From: Acidimicrobiia bacterium
Lineage (GTDB): Bacteria > Actinomycetota > Acidimicrobiia > UBA2766
Direction of reading: 5' to 3'
Assembly (NCBI GenBank): GCA_019695375.1
Contig: JAIBAC010000002.1
Location: forward strand, 700 to 64,699
Length of the DNA stretch: 64,000 nt
This document shows positions 18,881 to 28,179 of this stretch, in pieces; positions within the stretch are counted from its first letter, which is position 1, and each line of letters starts with the position of its first letter. The position numbers and the translations under genes are program-made. The notes under the pieces are model-generated. The model had not been told where the DNA came from. It ran no database searches and was given only the letters and a program-made list of their open reading frames with translations.

Positions 18881-20627
18881 GTCGGATACCCTGGCACTCG
18901 TGCGACTCAGGATCGGCGCCGCGCAGGTGAACACCACCGTCGGCGACCTCGATGGTAACGCCGCCTTGATTGCGGAGACCGCTCGAGCGGCCGGGGCCGC
19001 GGGTTGCGACGTCGTCTGCTTCCCAGAGCTCGCGCTGACCGGCTACCCACCCGAGGACCTGCTCCACAAGCCGGCGTTCGTCGCGGACGTAGAGGCCGCT
19101 CTCGCCGACCTCGCTGCCGCCGCTCCCGACGTCGTGATGGTCGTCGGCACCGTCGTGCACCGCCGCGACCTCTACAACGCGGCCGCGGTCATCGCCGGTG
19201 GGTCGGTCGCAGGGGTCTATCGCAAGGAGCACCTTCCGAACTACGGGGTCTTCGACGAGAAGCGCTACTTCGCGTCGAGCCCCGATCCCGGACCGCTGTT
19301 CCGCCTCCGCGGCGTCACGTTCGGGATCACGATCTGTGAGGACGTCTGGATGCCGGCGGGCCCGATCCTCGCCCAGGCGCGCGCTGGGGCGCAGCTCGCG
19401 ATCAACGTCAACGCGTCGCCGTACCACATCGGCAAACACCGGCGCCGGCGCGAGATGCTCGCCACGCGTGCATCCGACGTCGGCTTGCCACTCGTGTTCG
19501 TCAACCTCGTCGGCGGTCAGGACGAGCTCGTCTTCGACGGAGGTTCGGCGCTCTTCGACGTCGACGGAGAGGTGGTCGACGAGCTGGACCGCTTCGAGAC
19601 CGCACTGGGCGTGTGGGACGTCGACTGCAGCGAGGCGTTCCGGCGCCGGCTCGTCGACACGCGGCCACGATCGTGGGGTCCGCTCGACCTGCGTGTCGTC
19701 GACCTCGACGCGGTCGTCCCCGCGAGGCCGGGACCGCCTCGAACACCTGCCGTCGTGACAGGCACTTCAGAGCTGCAGCGCTGCGACGAGGTCTACAGAG
19801 CGCTGCGCCTCGGCGTGCACGACTACCTCGACAAGAACGGGTTCCGCAGCGCCGTCGTCGGCCTCTCCGGTGGAATCGACTCGGCACTCACGACCGTGAT
19901 CGCGGTCGACGCCATCGGGGCCGGTGCGGTGACCGGCATCGCGATGCCGTCTCCGTACTCGTCGGAGCACTCGGTCGCGGATGCCCGCCTTCTGGCCGAA
20001 CGCCTCGGTATCCGCTTCGAGCTCCTGCCGATCTCCGCCGTGTTCCGCTCCTACCTGGACACGCTCGACCCGTTGTTCGCCGGGACCGAGCACGGTGTCG
20101 CCGAGGAGAACCTGCAGGCGCGGATCCGGGGCACGCTGCTCATGGCGTTCTCCAACAAGTTCGGGTCGATCCTGCTGTCGACAGGCAACAAGAGCGAGAT
20201 GGCAGTCGGGTACTCGACCCTGTACGGCGATCTCGCCGGTGGCTACGCGGTCCTCAAAGACGTTCCCAAGACCTTGGTCTACGAGCTGTCACGATGGCGC
20301 AACGAGGTCGCAGGCACGGACCTCGTTCCCGAGTCGACCATCTCGAAGCCACCGTCGGCCGAGCTGCGCCCTGACCAGCTCGACAGCGATTCGTTGCCGC
20401 CCTACGACGTGCTCGACCGTGTGATCGAGGCCTACGTCGAGCGTGACCGCTCGCCGGCCGAGATCGTCGAGTCCGGTGTCGCCGACCAAGCCCTTGTCGA
20501 CCGTGTCGTGCGCATGATCGACGCTGCCGAGTACAAGCGCCGCCAGGCCCCACCGGGGGTGCGGATCACGCCCAAGGCGTTCGGCCGCGACCGGCGCCTC
20601 CCCATCACGAACGGGAGGCACCGATGA
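18879..20627 (+). CDS. nadE: Glutamine-dependent NAD+ synthetase
   Basis: N-terminal nitrilase/CN-hydrolase domain (VCFPELALTGYPPEDL). C-terminal NAD synthetase domain (VVGLSGGIDSAL, SGNKSEMAVGYSTLYGD). Confidence 0.9.
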   Translation: MSDTLALVRLRIGAAQVNTTVGDLDGNAALIAETARAAGAAGCDVVCFPELALTGYPPEDLLHKPAFVADVEAALADLAAAAPDVVMVVGTVVHRRDLYNAAAVIAGGSVAGVYRKEHLPNYGVFDEKRYFASSPDPGPLFRLRGVTFGITICEDVWMPAGPILAQARAGAQLAINVNASPYHIGKHRRRREMLATRASDVGLPLVFVNLVGGQDELVFDGGSALFDVDGEVVDELDRFETALGVWDVDCSEAFRRRLVDTRPRSWGPLDLRVVDLDAVVPARPGPPRTPAVVTGTSELQRCDEVYRALRLGVHDYLDKNGFRSAVVGLSGGIDSALTTVIAVDAIGAGAVTGIAMPSPYSSEHSVADARLLAERLGIRFELLPISAVFRSYLDTLDPLFAGTEHGVAEENLQARIRGTLLMAFSNKFGSILLSTGNKSEMAVGYSTLYGDLAGGYAVLKDVPKTLVYELSRWRNEVAGTDLVPESTISKPPSAELRPDQLDSDSLPPYDVLDRVIEAYVERDRSPAEIVESGVADQALVDRVVRMIDAAEYKRRQAPPGVRITPKAFGRDRRLPITNGRHR

Positions 20628-20634
20628 GCCTCGC

Positions 20635-20919
20635 TCAGCCCTGGGACAGCCTCTTGGCGTAGGCACGCAGGCTGGCGACGACGTCGGGGTCGGTGCCGCA
20701 ACATCGGCCCGTGGCAAGGGACCGCTTGATCTCCTCGAGCGCACGCGACTCGTCGGAGCAGGGCTTGCACGCCTCGAGATGCGCGACGACCTTCATCGCG
20801 GTCTCCGAGTCGCACTCGCCGTCGAGATAGGCCTCGACGACCCGCGCGATCGAGCGGCACGACGGTGCGGTGTCGCCTTCGAGCCGGGTCGGGGATCGTG
20901 GCGGGCGGAACATGGTCAA
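20635..20919 (-). CDS. rsrA: Zinc-binding anti-sigma factor (ZAS family, RsrA/RshA-like)
   Basis: HLEACKPCSDE is the H-x3-C-x2-C ZAS motif, plus upstream Cys and His. Start overlaps the sigma-factor stop (ATGA). Confidence 0.8.
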   Translation of the reverse strand: MTMFRPPRSPTRLEGDTAPSCRSIARVVEAYLDGECDSETAMKVVAHLEACKPCSDESRALEEIKRSLATGRCCGTDPDVVASLRAYAKRLSQG

Positions 20920-21515
20920 TGTCGGGTCGGGATCGGGAACTGCGCGTCGCGACTGGACTCGAGCGAGCGCAGCATGCGCTTGCGCGCCCGGTGGAGCCGG
21001 CTCATCACGGTGCCGACAGGGATGTCGAGAGCGTCGGCGGCCTCCTGGTAGCTCATCCCGCCGATGTCGACGAGTCCGACGACGCTGCGGAAGTCGTCGG
21101 AGAGGTCGTCGAGAGCTGCCTCGACAGCGGCATCGAAGCCGGCAGCGTCGAGCACCTCGGCCGGATCACCCTCGGCAGCGGCGCGTGCAGACGTCGTCGA
21201 GTGGATGGTCAGGTCGTCGAGGGTCGCGTCGGGGTCACGGAGCAGGTCGGGGCGGCGCCGGCGCACCGAGTTGACGTGGGTGTTGCGCAGGATGGTGAGC
21301 AGCCACGCACGCGGATGACGCCCGTCGAAGCGGTCGAGTGCGCTGTGCGCGCGGGCGAGGGTCTCCTGGACGAGGTCTTCGGCGTCGTAGCGGTTCCGCG
21401 TGAGCGAGAGCGCCACCCGGTAGAGGACGTCGATCTCGGGGAGGACCCAGCATTCGAACGCGCGCTCCGACCGCTCGGTTGAAGGTGCGTCGACGAGTTG
21501 GTCGCAGGGTGTCAT
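20916..21515 (-). CDS. sigR: ECF sigma factor of the SigR/SigH type
   Basis: 199 aa with sigma-70 regions 2 and 4 (DAEDLVQETLARAH; YQEAADALDIPVGTVMSRLHRARKRM). Gene pair with the ZAS anti-sigma. Confidence 0.85.
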   Translation of the reverse strand: MTPCDQLVDAPSTERSERAFECWVLPEIDVLYRVALSLTRNRYDAEDLVQETLARAHSALDRFDGRHPRAWLLTILRNTHVNSVRRRRPDLLRDPDATLDDLTIHSTTSARAAAEGDPAEVLDAAGFDAAVEAALDDLSDDFRSVVGLVDIGGMSYQEAADALDIPVGTVMSRLHRARKRMLRSLESSRDAQFPIPTRH

Positions 21516-21547
21516 CCGGTCTCCGCGCAGGCTTACGCCGTTGTCAC

Positions 21548-21573
21548 AACAACCGCAGCCCGGGATGTATTCC
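21548..21573 (-). promoter_or_regulatory. SigR/SigH-type promoter GGAAT-N18-GTT upstream of sigR (autoregulatory class)
   Basis: Minus strand reads cctGGAATacatcccgggctgcggttGTTgtgac, about 30-55 bp upstream of ATG 21515. Confidence 0.6.
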
Positions 21574-21600
21574 AGGAAAGCGGGATCAGCTGGCCGTAGC

Positions 21601-23205
21601 TCAGACGCGGACGGGGGGTTCCAGCGATGGCGGTGCGCAGCGTGGTGGCTGTCCGCAGAGCGTGTGGACTGCGCGTGTGCCGTTCTCCCACACGACCACA
21701 CGCCACAGGACCGGGGTCGCGCGGCCGCACCAGTCGCATCGGCGCGCCGTCGGCGGGGGCGGGGGTGGTGGCTGTCGCGCGGCCGCCGCGGGTGGTGGGG
21801 GCGGCGGCGGCTGAGCCGAGTGCGGTGTGGGAGGCGGAGGCGGTGGCGGGGGGGACGTGCGCGGCACCGGTGGTGGTGGAACCGGGGCGGGGACCGACGA
21901 CGCGAGGCCTCCGCTCGGGGTATGCGCCGGCGGCGGCGGCGTCGAGTGCATCGGCTGTGGTGGCGGTGCGGTCCCCATCGGCGCCGGTGGCGCCGATGCG
22001 GTGGGCGGTGGCGGCGGGAACGCGGCGAGCGGTTGGTTCGGCGCCGGCAGTTCCCTCCACAGCTCGTCCTGTCGCAGCGATCGGCGGAAGTCGTACTGGC
22101 ACTTGGGGCACTTCGTGAGGACGGCCTCGTCCCTGCGGTCGCCGCACTCCGGGCAGAACGTGACGATCCGGCCTGCACCGAGCATCCCCTGGCATCGTGG
22201 GCAGACGAAGTCCGGGTCGAGCTGGGTCATGCGGAACCACGTGCCGAAGACCACGAACGGGCTCGGACCGCCGCGGCCGAAGCTCGCGCCGAGGCTCGAC
22301 GTGAGCGTGCGGAGGCGGTCGTTGCGGCGGCGGACGCGCTCGAGGTCGGGGTTCGAGACCTTCTGAAAACGGCACTCCTGGCAGGTCGTCAGGATCCGCA
22401 TGGGCAGTTCGGCGCGGATGCGAGCCTGCATGTGCAGGAACTCCACCACCTTCTGCTCGCCGGCATCGAGCTGGATGACCACGACGCCGCGTCCACCGGA
22501 CAGGGCCTGTTCCACCTTGGTTGCAAGAGCCTCGATCCGGCGCACGAGCGTTTCGGGCATGCCTTCCGGCTGTGACCCGATCAGCGCCGCGACCGTGAGG
22601 CGCGTCCGGACCTCGGCGGCGTCGAGCTGGAGCGAGCCGGCGGGTGCGTCGAACCTGAGAGCTACCACGCCTTTCCACGCCGCGGGCTGGTCGGTCTTCT
22701 TCGGCCCCCCTTCGAGGACCCGTGTCGCCTTCTGCACGGCCTTGTCACCGACGTTGCCGGCCGCGACGTTCGTGCGCTCGAGTGCGGCCACGTCGCCGGT
22801 GGCGGACCAGAACCGGGGCGGCTCGAAGGAGGCGGCGCTGTGGGGGTCGAGCCGTGCGAGGGCCTCGTCGAGTTTGGCGGCGACCTCGTCGAAGAGCGTT
22901 CGATACGGGGTGTTCGCACCCCAGATCTTCCCGAACGGGCTGCGCCAGCGGTCCTCGATGCGGACCGACAGGCCGGTCCCGGACCCGTCGCCGGACCGCA
23001 CCTGGATCGTCACCGCGAGGGGGAGCTTCGACATCACCATCGCCGACGAGGCCATCTGCGATCCGCGGGTTGCCTCGATCACGCTGGTCTGGTCGGCGGC
23101 GACCTTGAACTTGAGGCGGCGGAGCACGTTCGCGAGGTCAGCGCGCACCCGCGCCGGCGGGGCTGACACCCATCGCTGGAAGTCACACAGGATGCTGCCG
23201 CTCAT
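21601..23205 (-). CDS. Hypothetical protein with a multi-zinc-ribbon region and long poly-proline tract
   Basis: Motifs CQECRF..CPRCQ..CPECG..CPKCQ, then PPPPPTASAPP...PPPPPPPPTPHSAQPPPPPPP, then C-terminal CDWCGR...CGQPPRC. Start overlaps the upstream gene stop (ATGA 23202..23205). Confidence 0.55.
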   Translation of the reverse strand: MSGSILCDFQRWVSAPPARVRADLANVLRRLKFKVAADQTSVIEATRGSQMASSAMVMSKLPLAVTIQVRSGDGSGTGLSVRIEDRWRSPFGKIWGANTPYRTLFDEVAAKLDEALARLDPHSAASFEPPRFWSATGDVAALERTNVAAGNVGDKAVQKATRVLEGGPKKTDQPAAWKGVVALRFDAPAGSLQLDAAEVRTRLTVAALIGSQPEGMPETLVRRIEALATKVEQALSGGRGVVVIQLDAGEQKVVEFLHMQARIRAELPMRILTTCQECRFQKVSNPDLERVRRRNDRLRTLTSSLGASFGRGGPSPFVVFGTWFRMTQLDPDFVCPRCQGMLGAGRIVTFCPECGDRRDEAVLTKCPKCQYDFRRSLRQDELWRELPAPNQPLAAFPPPPPTASAPPAPMGTAPPPQPMHSTPPPPAHTPSGGLASSVPAPVPPPPVPRTSPPPPPPPPTPHSAQPPPPPPPAAAARQPPPPPPPTARRCDWCGRATPVLWRVVVWENGTRAVHTLCGQPPRCAPPSLEPPVRV

Positions 23206-24272
23206 CGAGACGTCTCTGATGCAGTGGTGTCGTCGGGCTCGCCCGGCTCACCGGGCTCCAGATCCGGATCGGCTGTTGGGGCGTCGCCTTTTACCGTCGC
23301 TGCGGTTCCGGCGACCCGGCGCCGGCGAAGCACCGCGACGGTGAGGGCGCTCACGACAGCGACGATCACGACCGCCGCGAGCACCACGATCGCGACACCG
23401 AGGACGTCGCCCCAGTCCATAGGCGGTGGAGCCTGGCGGTCCCCCTCGGGCACGGGTATCGCATCGAGGTTGCAGTCCGGGCACGGCGGCAGTGACACGG
23501 CGCGCCACGCGTCGTACTCGGCGCGCACGTCGAGGATCGGGTTCTCGCGGTTGTCACCGTTGACCTCCGACACCGCAAGCCACGGCAGCCCCGCGATGAG
23601 CGCGAGCGGGGTGTTGGACGGAGCAGCGAAAACGGGGTCCTCGGGTCGTGCTGCGACCAGGAAGGCGCTGCGCGCGGTCTGGGTGATGCCGTCCACGTTG
23701 CATCGCTTGTCCCCACCCGCCGCCGAGCCCGCCTCGAGCGCGAGCATGAGGCGATCGGTCAGGTGCAGCGGCCCACGGTCGGTGGTCTGGAACGCGTCGA
23801 ACGCGCGACCGGCCACCTCGGCGTCGCCGGCGGCGTCCACGATCACGACGGCGTTGCCTCCCGGGCCGCTGCCGTTGCGATCGCCGGACCACTCCTCCAC
23901 CTTGCTGCCCGTGAACGCACCCGAGCCGCTCGTCGTCGCGATGCCGTACTGGCGCCGTGCGCTGTCGGGCTCGAACGCGGCCCCGGTCAGAGCTGTGAGG
24001 ATCTGCACCGGTGTCCGGCCCAGCCCGACCTGCTGCACTGCGAGATCGCGTCCGCGTTCGAGGTACTCACCTTGGGCCGCGACAGCGCCGCTGCGGGGTA
24101 CGAGACCCGCCACGGCGATCAGGTCGGCGTCGACGCAGCCGGCTCCGGCGGCGCCGACGTCACCGGTGCGCGTGTCCACCGCTGCGATGGTCCACGTCGC
24201 CCCCGCGGCGGCGGCGTGCCAAAACGCGGCACCGACAGCCACGATCGTGAACAGCCGAGCCATCCTGCGCAT
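23202..24272 (-). CDS. Secreted DUF1028-like (Ntn-hydrolase-fold) protein with a C-terminal TM anchor
   Basis: Signal peptide, then TWTIAAVDTRTGDVGAAGAGC, where the N-terminal Thr after cleavage resembles the DUF1028 TFSIVA start. C-terminal hydrophobic helix. Confidence 0.45.
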   Translation of the reverse strand: MRRMARLFTIVAVGAAFWHAAAAGATWTIAAVDTRTGDVGAAGAGCVDADLIAVAGLVPRSGAVAAQGEYLERGRDLAVQQVGLGRTPVQILTALTGAAFEPDSARRQYGIATTSGSGAFTGSKVEEWSGDRNGSGPGGNAVVIVDAAGDAEVAGRAFDAFQTTDRGPLHLTDRLMLALEAGSAAGGDKRCNVDGITQTARSAFLVAARPEDPVFAAPSNTPLALIAGLPWLAVSEVNGDNRENPILDVRAEYDAWRAVSLPPCPDCNLDAIPVPEGDRQAPPPMDWGDVLGVAIVVLAAVVIVAVVSALTVAVLRRRRVAGTAATVKGDAPTADPDLEPGEPGEPDDTTASETSR

Positions 24273-24298
24273 CGACGGAGACTACGCCGGGCCGCGCC

Positions 24299-25006
24299 AT
24301 GTGGATCAAGGATCGCGAGCGGATGTCCGACAAGACAGCGATGGCTGTCATACCCCGGGACGTGCTGGCCCAGCTGTGCGCACCCCACCTGGATCGGGGT
24401 GAGGGCGTGCGCGGGTGCGTGGAGGCCACCGTCGTCGACGTGAACGGGCGCGTCGACGCAGCTGGCGACATCGGCCGCGTGGTCGTCGTGCTCACCGAGA
24501 GACGGCTCGTCACCCTGGTCTGGCGTGCGAGTGCCGACCCTGAACCTGACGGTGCCGTGCCGCTGGAGATGCTCGGCCATGCTCACGTCGAAGACTCGCC
24601 GATCGGGGTGACGCTCACGATCGGCCTGTCGACCGGCCCTGTGGTGCGTTTCGCGATCGGCCCCGCGCACGTAGGTGAGGCAAGGGCGCTCGCGGCCGCC
24701 ATCTCGCGGGACAGCGGCGTGACGGAGGAGATCCCCGTCGTCGGCGCGGTCGCTCCGAAGCTCTCCCCTGAGGAGGCGGCGTCGCGGCTGGCCCTCGCGG
24801 CGGAGCTCGCCCGCCTCTGCGAACGCGATGACGACCGCATCCTCGAGCTCGTGCCCGGCGTCGTCGTGACCCGCAGCGACGACTCGGCGTCGACCTACTT
24901 CGTGCACGTCGCTCCGCCGCCGCTGATCCAGGGAGCGTGCCCACGCTGCCAGCACCCCACCCGCGACGGGGCGGTCTTCTGCGACGCCTGCGGCGCACTT
25001 CTGTGA
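24299..25006 (+). CDS. Hypothetical protein with C-terminal zinc ribbon (CPRC...CDAC)
   Basis: ORF with plausible composition. Start uncertain (24299, 24323 or 24341). Confidence 0.45.
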   Translation: MWIKDRERMSDKTAMAVIPRDVLAQLCAPHLDRGEGVRGCVEATVVDVNGRVDAAGDIGRVVVVLTERRLVTLVWRASADPEPDGAVPLEMLGHAHVEDSPIGVTLTIGLSTGPVVRFAIGPAHVGEARALAAAISRDSGVTEEIPVVGAVAPKLSPEEAASRLALAAELARLCERDDDRILELVPGVVVTRSDDSASTYFVHVAPPPLIQGACPRCQHPTRDGAVFCDACGALL

Positions 25007-25348
25007 CGCCGCTCGCGGTGGTGCGCGACCGGTCCCGGTAGGGCCGGTCGCTTCGCGGCAGGTCGACCGCGACCCGACGCGGCAGCCCGAGCAGCCACGG
25101 TGGCTTCTGGTACCACTAGCGCATTCCGCGCCGCGAGGATAGATTCGCTCCGTTTCGGGCTCTGCGCCCCTCTGGACGCAGCACCGCTCGGGAGTCGGCT
25201 GGGGAGGGTCCGCGAGGACCCGAAGGAGAGCATGGGCACCCGGGGTCCGGCAGGTCGGTGTCGTGGGGGCGCCGCCCACGGACCCCGTGGTCCCGGCACC
25301 AGCCGCCGCTGGTCGTTGGCGGCGCCCGGGTTCTCTAACCTCGGCCCG

Positions 25349-26515
25349 ATGTCGACGGCTTCCCCAGCACCTGTCCCCGACCTCTCGCTGGCTGTGGCTC
25401 GGGAGTGGTTCCCGGTGTTCAACCGCTGGGCGTACCTCGACTTCGCCGGGGTTGCCCCCATCCCGCAGATCGCCGTGGATGCGGCGACGCTCGCACTCGA
25501 GGCGCAGGCGCTCGACGCGATCGTGAGCGTCGACGACACCGAGGCCGCGATCGAGGAGCTGCGCGAGGACGTGGCGCGGTTCGTGGGCGCCACTGCCGAG
25601 GAGATCGCGTTCGTGCGCAACACGACCGAGGGGCTCGGGTGGGTCGCGAACGGACTCGGCCTCGGCGCGGGGGACCGGGTGGTGGTCGCCGGTGACGACT
25701 TCCCGAGCGCGGTGCTGCCCTGGACCAACCTCGCCGCCCGCGGCGTCGACGTCGACGTCGTGGCCCGCCGCGGGCCCGGTGTCGTCCTCGACGACCTCGT
25801 CGCGGCCGTCGGCGGCGGGAAGCCACCGGCGCTCGTCGCGCTCACGTGGGTCCACTACGCGACCGGATGGCGGACCGACCTCGGCGAGATCGTGCGTGCA
25901 TGTCACGAGCGTGGTTCGCTCGTGTGCGCAGATGTGATCCAGGGCGTCGGTGTCATGCCCCTCGACCTCCACGCCACGGGTGTCGATTTCGCCGCGGCCG
26001 ACGGTCACAAGTGGCTCTGCAGCGTCGAGGGCCAGGGCTTCCTCTACGTCAGGCACTCGGTGCTCGACCGGCTGCAGGTGCTCGAGCCGGGCTGGAACTC
26101 GGTCGTCCAGCGTGGTCAGTGGGAGGACCTCGCGTGGACGCCCGACCCCGGGGCGCGTCGCCTCGAGGGCGGTACACCCACCCGTGTGGCACTCGCGGCG
26201 CTGCTCGCGTCGCTGCACCTCCTCGCCAGCACCGGCAGTGAGCGCATCTGGGATCGCGTCCGCGACCTGACGAACCGGGTGGTGGCCGGCGTTCACGATG
26301 CAGGCATGAACCTGTTGACGGCGCGCGACCCCGCGCACGCTTCGGGCATCGTGACGTTCAGCCATCCGCGGATGCGCGCCGAGGACCTCGGTGCCCTGCT
26401 CCGCAGCCGCGGTGTCGTGGTAGCGGCTCCGCGCGGAGGTGGGGTGAGGGTGAGCCCCCATTTCGTGTGCAACGAGGACGACGTCGACGCGTTGCTCGAG
26501 GCGTTGCCGCGATGA
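25349..26515 (+). CDS. Class-V aminotransferase-fold PLP enzyme (cysteine desulfurase/SufS-like)
   Basis: DGHKWLCSVEGQGFLYV carries the PLP lysine in the HK motif. Start at MSTASPAPV (ATG 25349). Confidence 0.8.
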   Translation: MSTASPAPVPDLSLAVAREWFPVFNRWAYLDFAGVAPIPQIAVDAATLALEAQALDAIVSVDDTEAAIEELREDVARFVGATAEEIAFVRNTTEGLGWVANGLGLGAGDRVVVAGDDFPSAVLPWTNLAARGVDVDVVARRGPGVVLDDLVAAVGGGKPPALVALTWVHYATGWRTDLGEIVRACHERGSLVCADVIQGVGVMPLDLHATGVDFAAADGHKWLCSVEGQGFLYVRHSVLDRLQVLEPGWNSVVQRGQWEDLAWTPDPGARRLEGGTPTRVALAALLASLHLLASTGSERIWDRVRDLTNRVVAGVHDAGMNLLTARDPAHASGIVTFSHPRMRAEDLGALLRSRGVVVAAPRGGGVRVSPHFVCNEDDVDALLEALPR

Positions 26516-28179
26516 GCGGAGAGCTCGCGCCGCAGCGCCCGCCGCCGCCGTGGTGGGGGCGCTCCCACGGTACCGACTGGCTCTTCGTCCCGGGCAGTGC
26601 CGGAGCCGAGGGGCTCCTGACGCTCCCCGAGATCGATCTGCTGCACGAGGGTCAGCGTGCGATGGTGCGCTTCGTCGGCGACGACTCGCCCCTCGTCGCC
26701 GTGCACGGTGCCGGTGCTGCGGTGACGACGCGCAGCGAGCAGCGTGGGCTCACGATCGAGGGTGCCATGGTGCACCTCGATCTGCGCTGGGGCGGCGTAC
26801 TGCGCCAGCGGCACTCGAGCAGGCCGCTGCCCGTCTCCCTCGGGGTGCGTTGGGATCCGTGGGCGTACGCGCTTGTCTTCGAGCCACTCGGGCAGGTACC
26901 GCTGGGCGCCTTCGCCGTCGTTCCGCACGCAGGGGTCAACCGGATCCACGTCGAGGGCATCGACTGGGACCCCGAGCGTGAGTCACGTCATCCTCCCCAG
27001 GACCGCCTCCGGGCGATGCTCGATCTGCCGGGACCCGTCCACGTCGCGGTCGGCATCGACGGCGACACCGCCGTCGGCGCTGCTCATGCGCTGCGCCGCG
27101 CGGTCGGACGCCCGGCCGAGCGCGGAGTGTTCGTACCCGAGGGCGTCAGTGCGCGAACCGTCGAGAACCTCCGGTTCTGCCGCATCGGTGCGCTGGGCCG
27201 TGCCATCGACACGGGCGAGTGGGTCCCCGTGACGTCACGCTCGCCCCGCTACGACCTCCCAGCGACGTTCCGTGCACGCGACTGGTTCCGGTGGGCGCTG
27301 CCTGCGGTCACGGCGTGTGACCCCGACGCCGCGCGTGACGGGCTCATCGCGGCGTGCCGGCTTGCCGGCGCTGCGCCGGGGATGCACGCCCTCGATCCTG
27401 CAGGCGCGCCGCACTTCGGCGGCTTCCAGCTCGATGCTGCTTGTGACGTTGCGCTCGGAGTCGGTGAGTACGTGCGCTCGACCGGGGACCACGGCGTCGT
27501 GTCCGAGCCGGAGGTCGACGATGCGTTGCGCGCTGTGGCTGAGGAGCTGCCGCGCTGGCACGACCGTGCCTTCGGCCTGTTCCGCACCGAGCTCGCACCA
27601 TCGGGCGACGCTGCACCGGGTCCGTTCCTGGCGGTGCCGAACGCGATGGCGATAGCCGCTTACGAGGTGCTCGGGAAGCTGAAGGTGATCGAGCACTCGA
27701 GCGCGGTACCAAAGCTCGCCAGCCTGTGGCGACAGGCGTTCGTGCAGGACGGCTGGATCGTGGGCGCCCTCGGTGCCGAAGGTCAGCCCTTCAACTGGGA
27801 CGACGCCACCGCCTCCGTCGCGATGCTGGGACGCCTCGGTGTGCTCGAACGCCGGGACGAAGACGCATGGAGCCGGACAGTCACCCACCTCATGTCGGCG
27901 CGGAACCCGAACCACGTGCCAGGGCGCTACCCGGGCGAACGCGCCGTTTGGATGCCCGGGCCGTGCCTGGAGGCGCTGGCCGAACGGATGCTCGCGTTCC
28001 CGAGCGGACGCGACGTCAGCGACGAGGGTCGCATGATCGCCGAGCACGCCCCGTTCGACGCGGACGGCATGGCGTGTGAGACCTATGACGCCGATACCGG
28101 GGTGGCGCTGTCGGGGGTCGGTTGGGCAGCGGGCTCGGGCCTGCTCGCCGCCGCATTGATGACGGCCGCGGGTCTGTGA
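26512..28179 (+). CDS. Conserved hypothetical protein, 555 aa, no recognisable catalytic motif
   Basis: Start ATG overlaps the upstream stop (ATGA at 26512..26515). Protein-like composition over the full length. Confidence 0.65.
   Translation: MSGELAPQRPPPPWWGRSHGTDWLFVPGSAGAEGLLTLPEIDLLHEGQRAMVRFVGDDSPLVAVHGAGAAVTTRSEQRGLTIEGAMVHLDLRWGGVLRQRHSSRPLPVSLGVRWDPWAYALVFEPLGQVPLGAFAVVPHAGVNRIHVEGIDWDPERESRHPPQDRLRAMLDLPGPVHVAVGIDGDTAVGAAHALRRAVGRPAERGVFVPEGVSARTVENLRFCRIGALGRAIDTGEWVPVTSRSPRYDLPATFRARDWFRWALPAVTACDPDAARDGLIAACRLAGAAPGMHALDPAGAPHFGGFQLDAACDVALGVGEYVRSTGDHGVVSEPEVDDALRAVAEELPRWHDRAFGLFRTELAPSGDAAPGPFLAVPNAMAIAAYEVLGKLKVIEHSSAVPKLASLWRQAFVQDGWIVGALGAEGQPFNWDDATASVAMLGRLGVLERRDEDAWSRTVTHLMSARNPNHVPGRYPGERAVWMPGPCLEALAERMLAFPSGRDVSDEGRMIAEHAPFDADGMACETYDADTGVALSGVGWAAGSGLLAAALMTAAGL

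Noticed and set aside
24119-26461. 780-aa minus-strand ORF spanning the Zn-ribbon gene and class-V aminotransferase
   Set aside because: It is antisense to two plus-strand genes with recognisable PLP and Zn-ribbon motifs. Its translation is Arg/His/Gly-rich junk.
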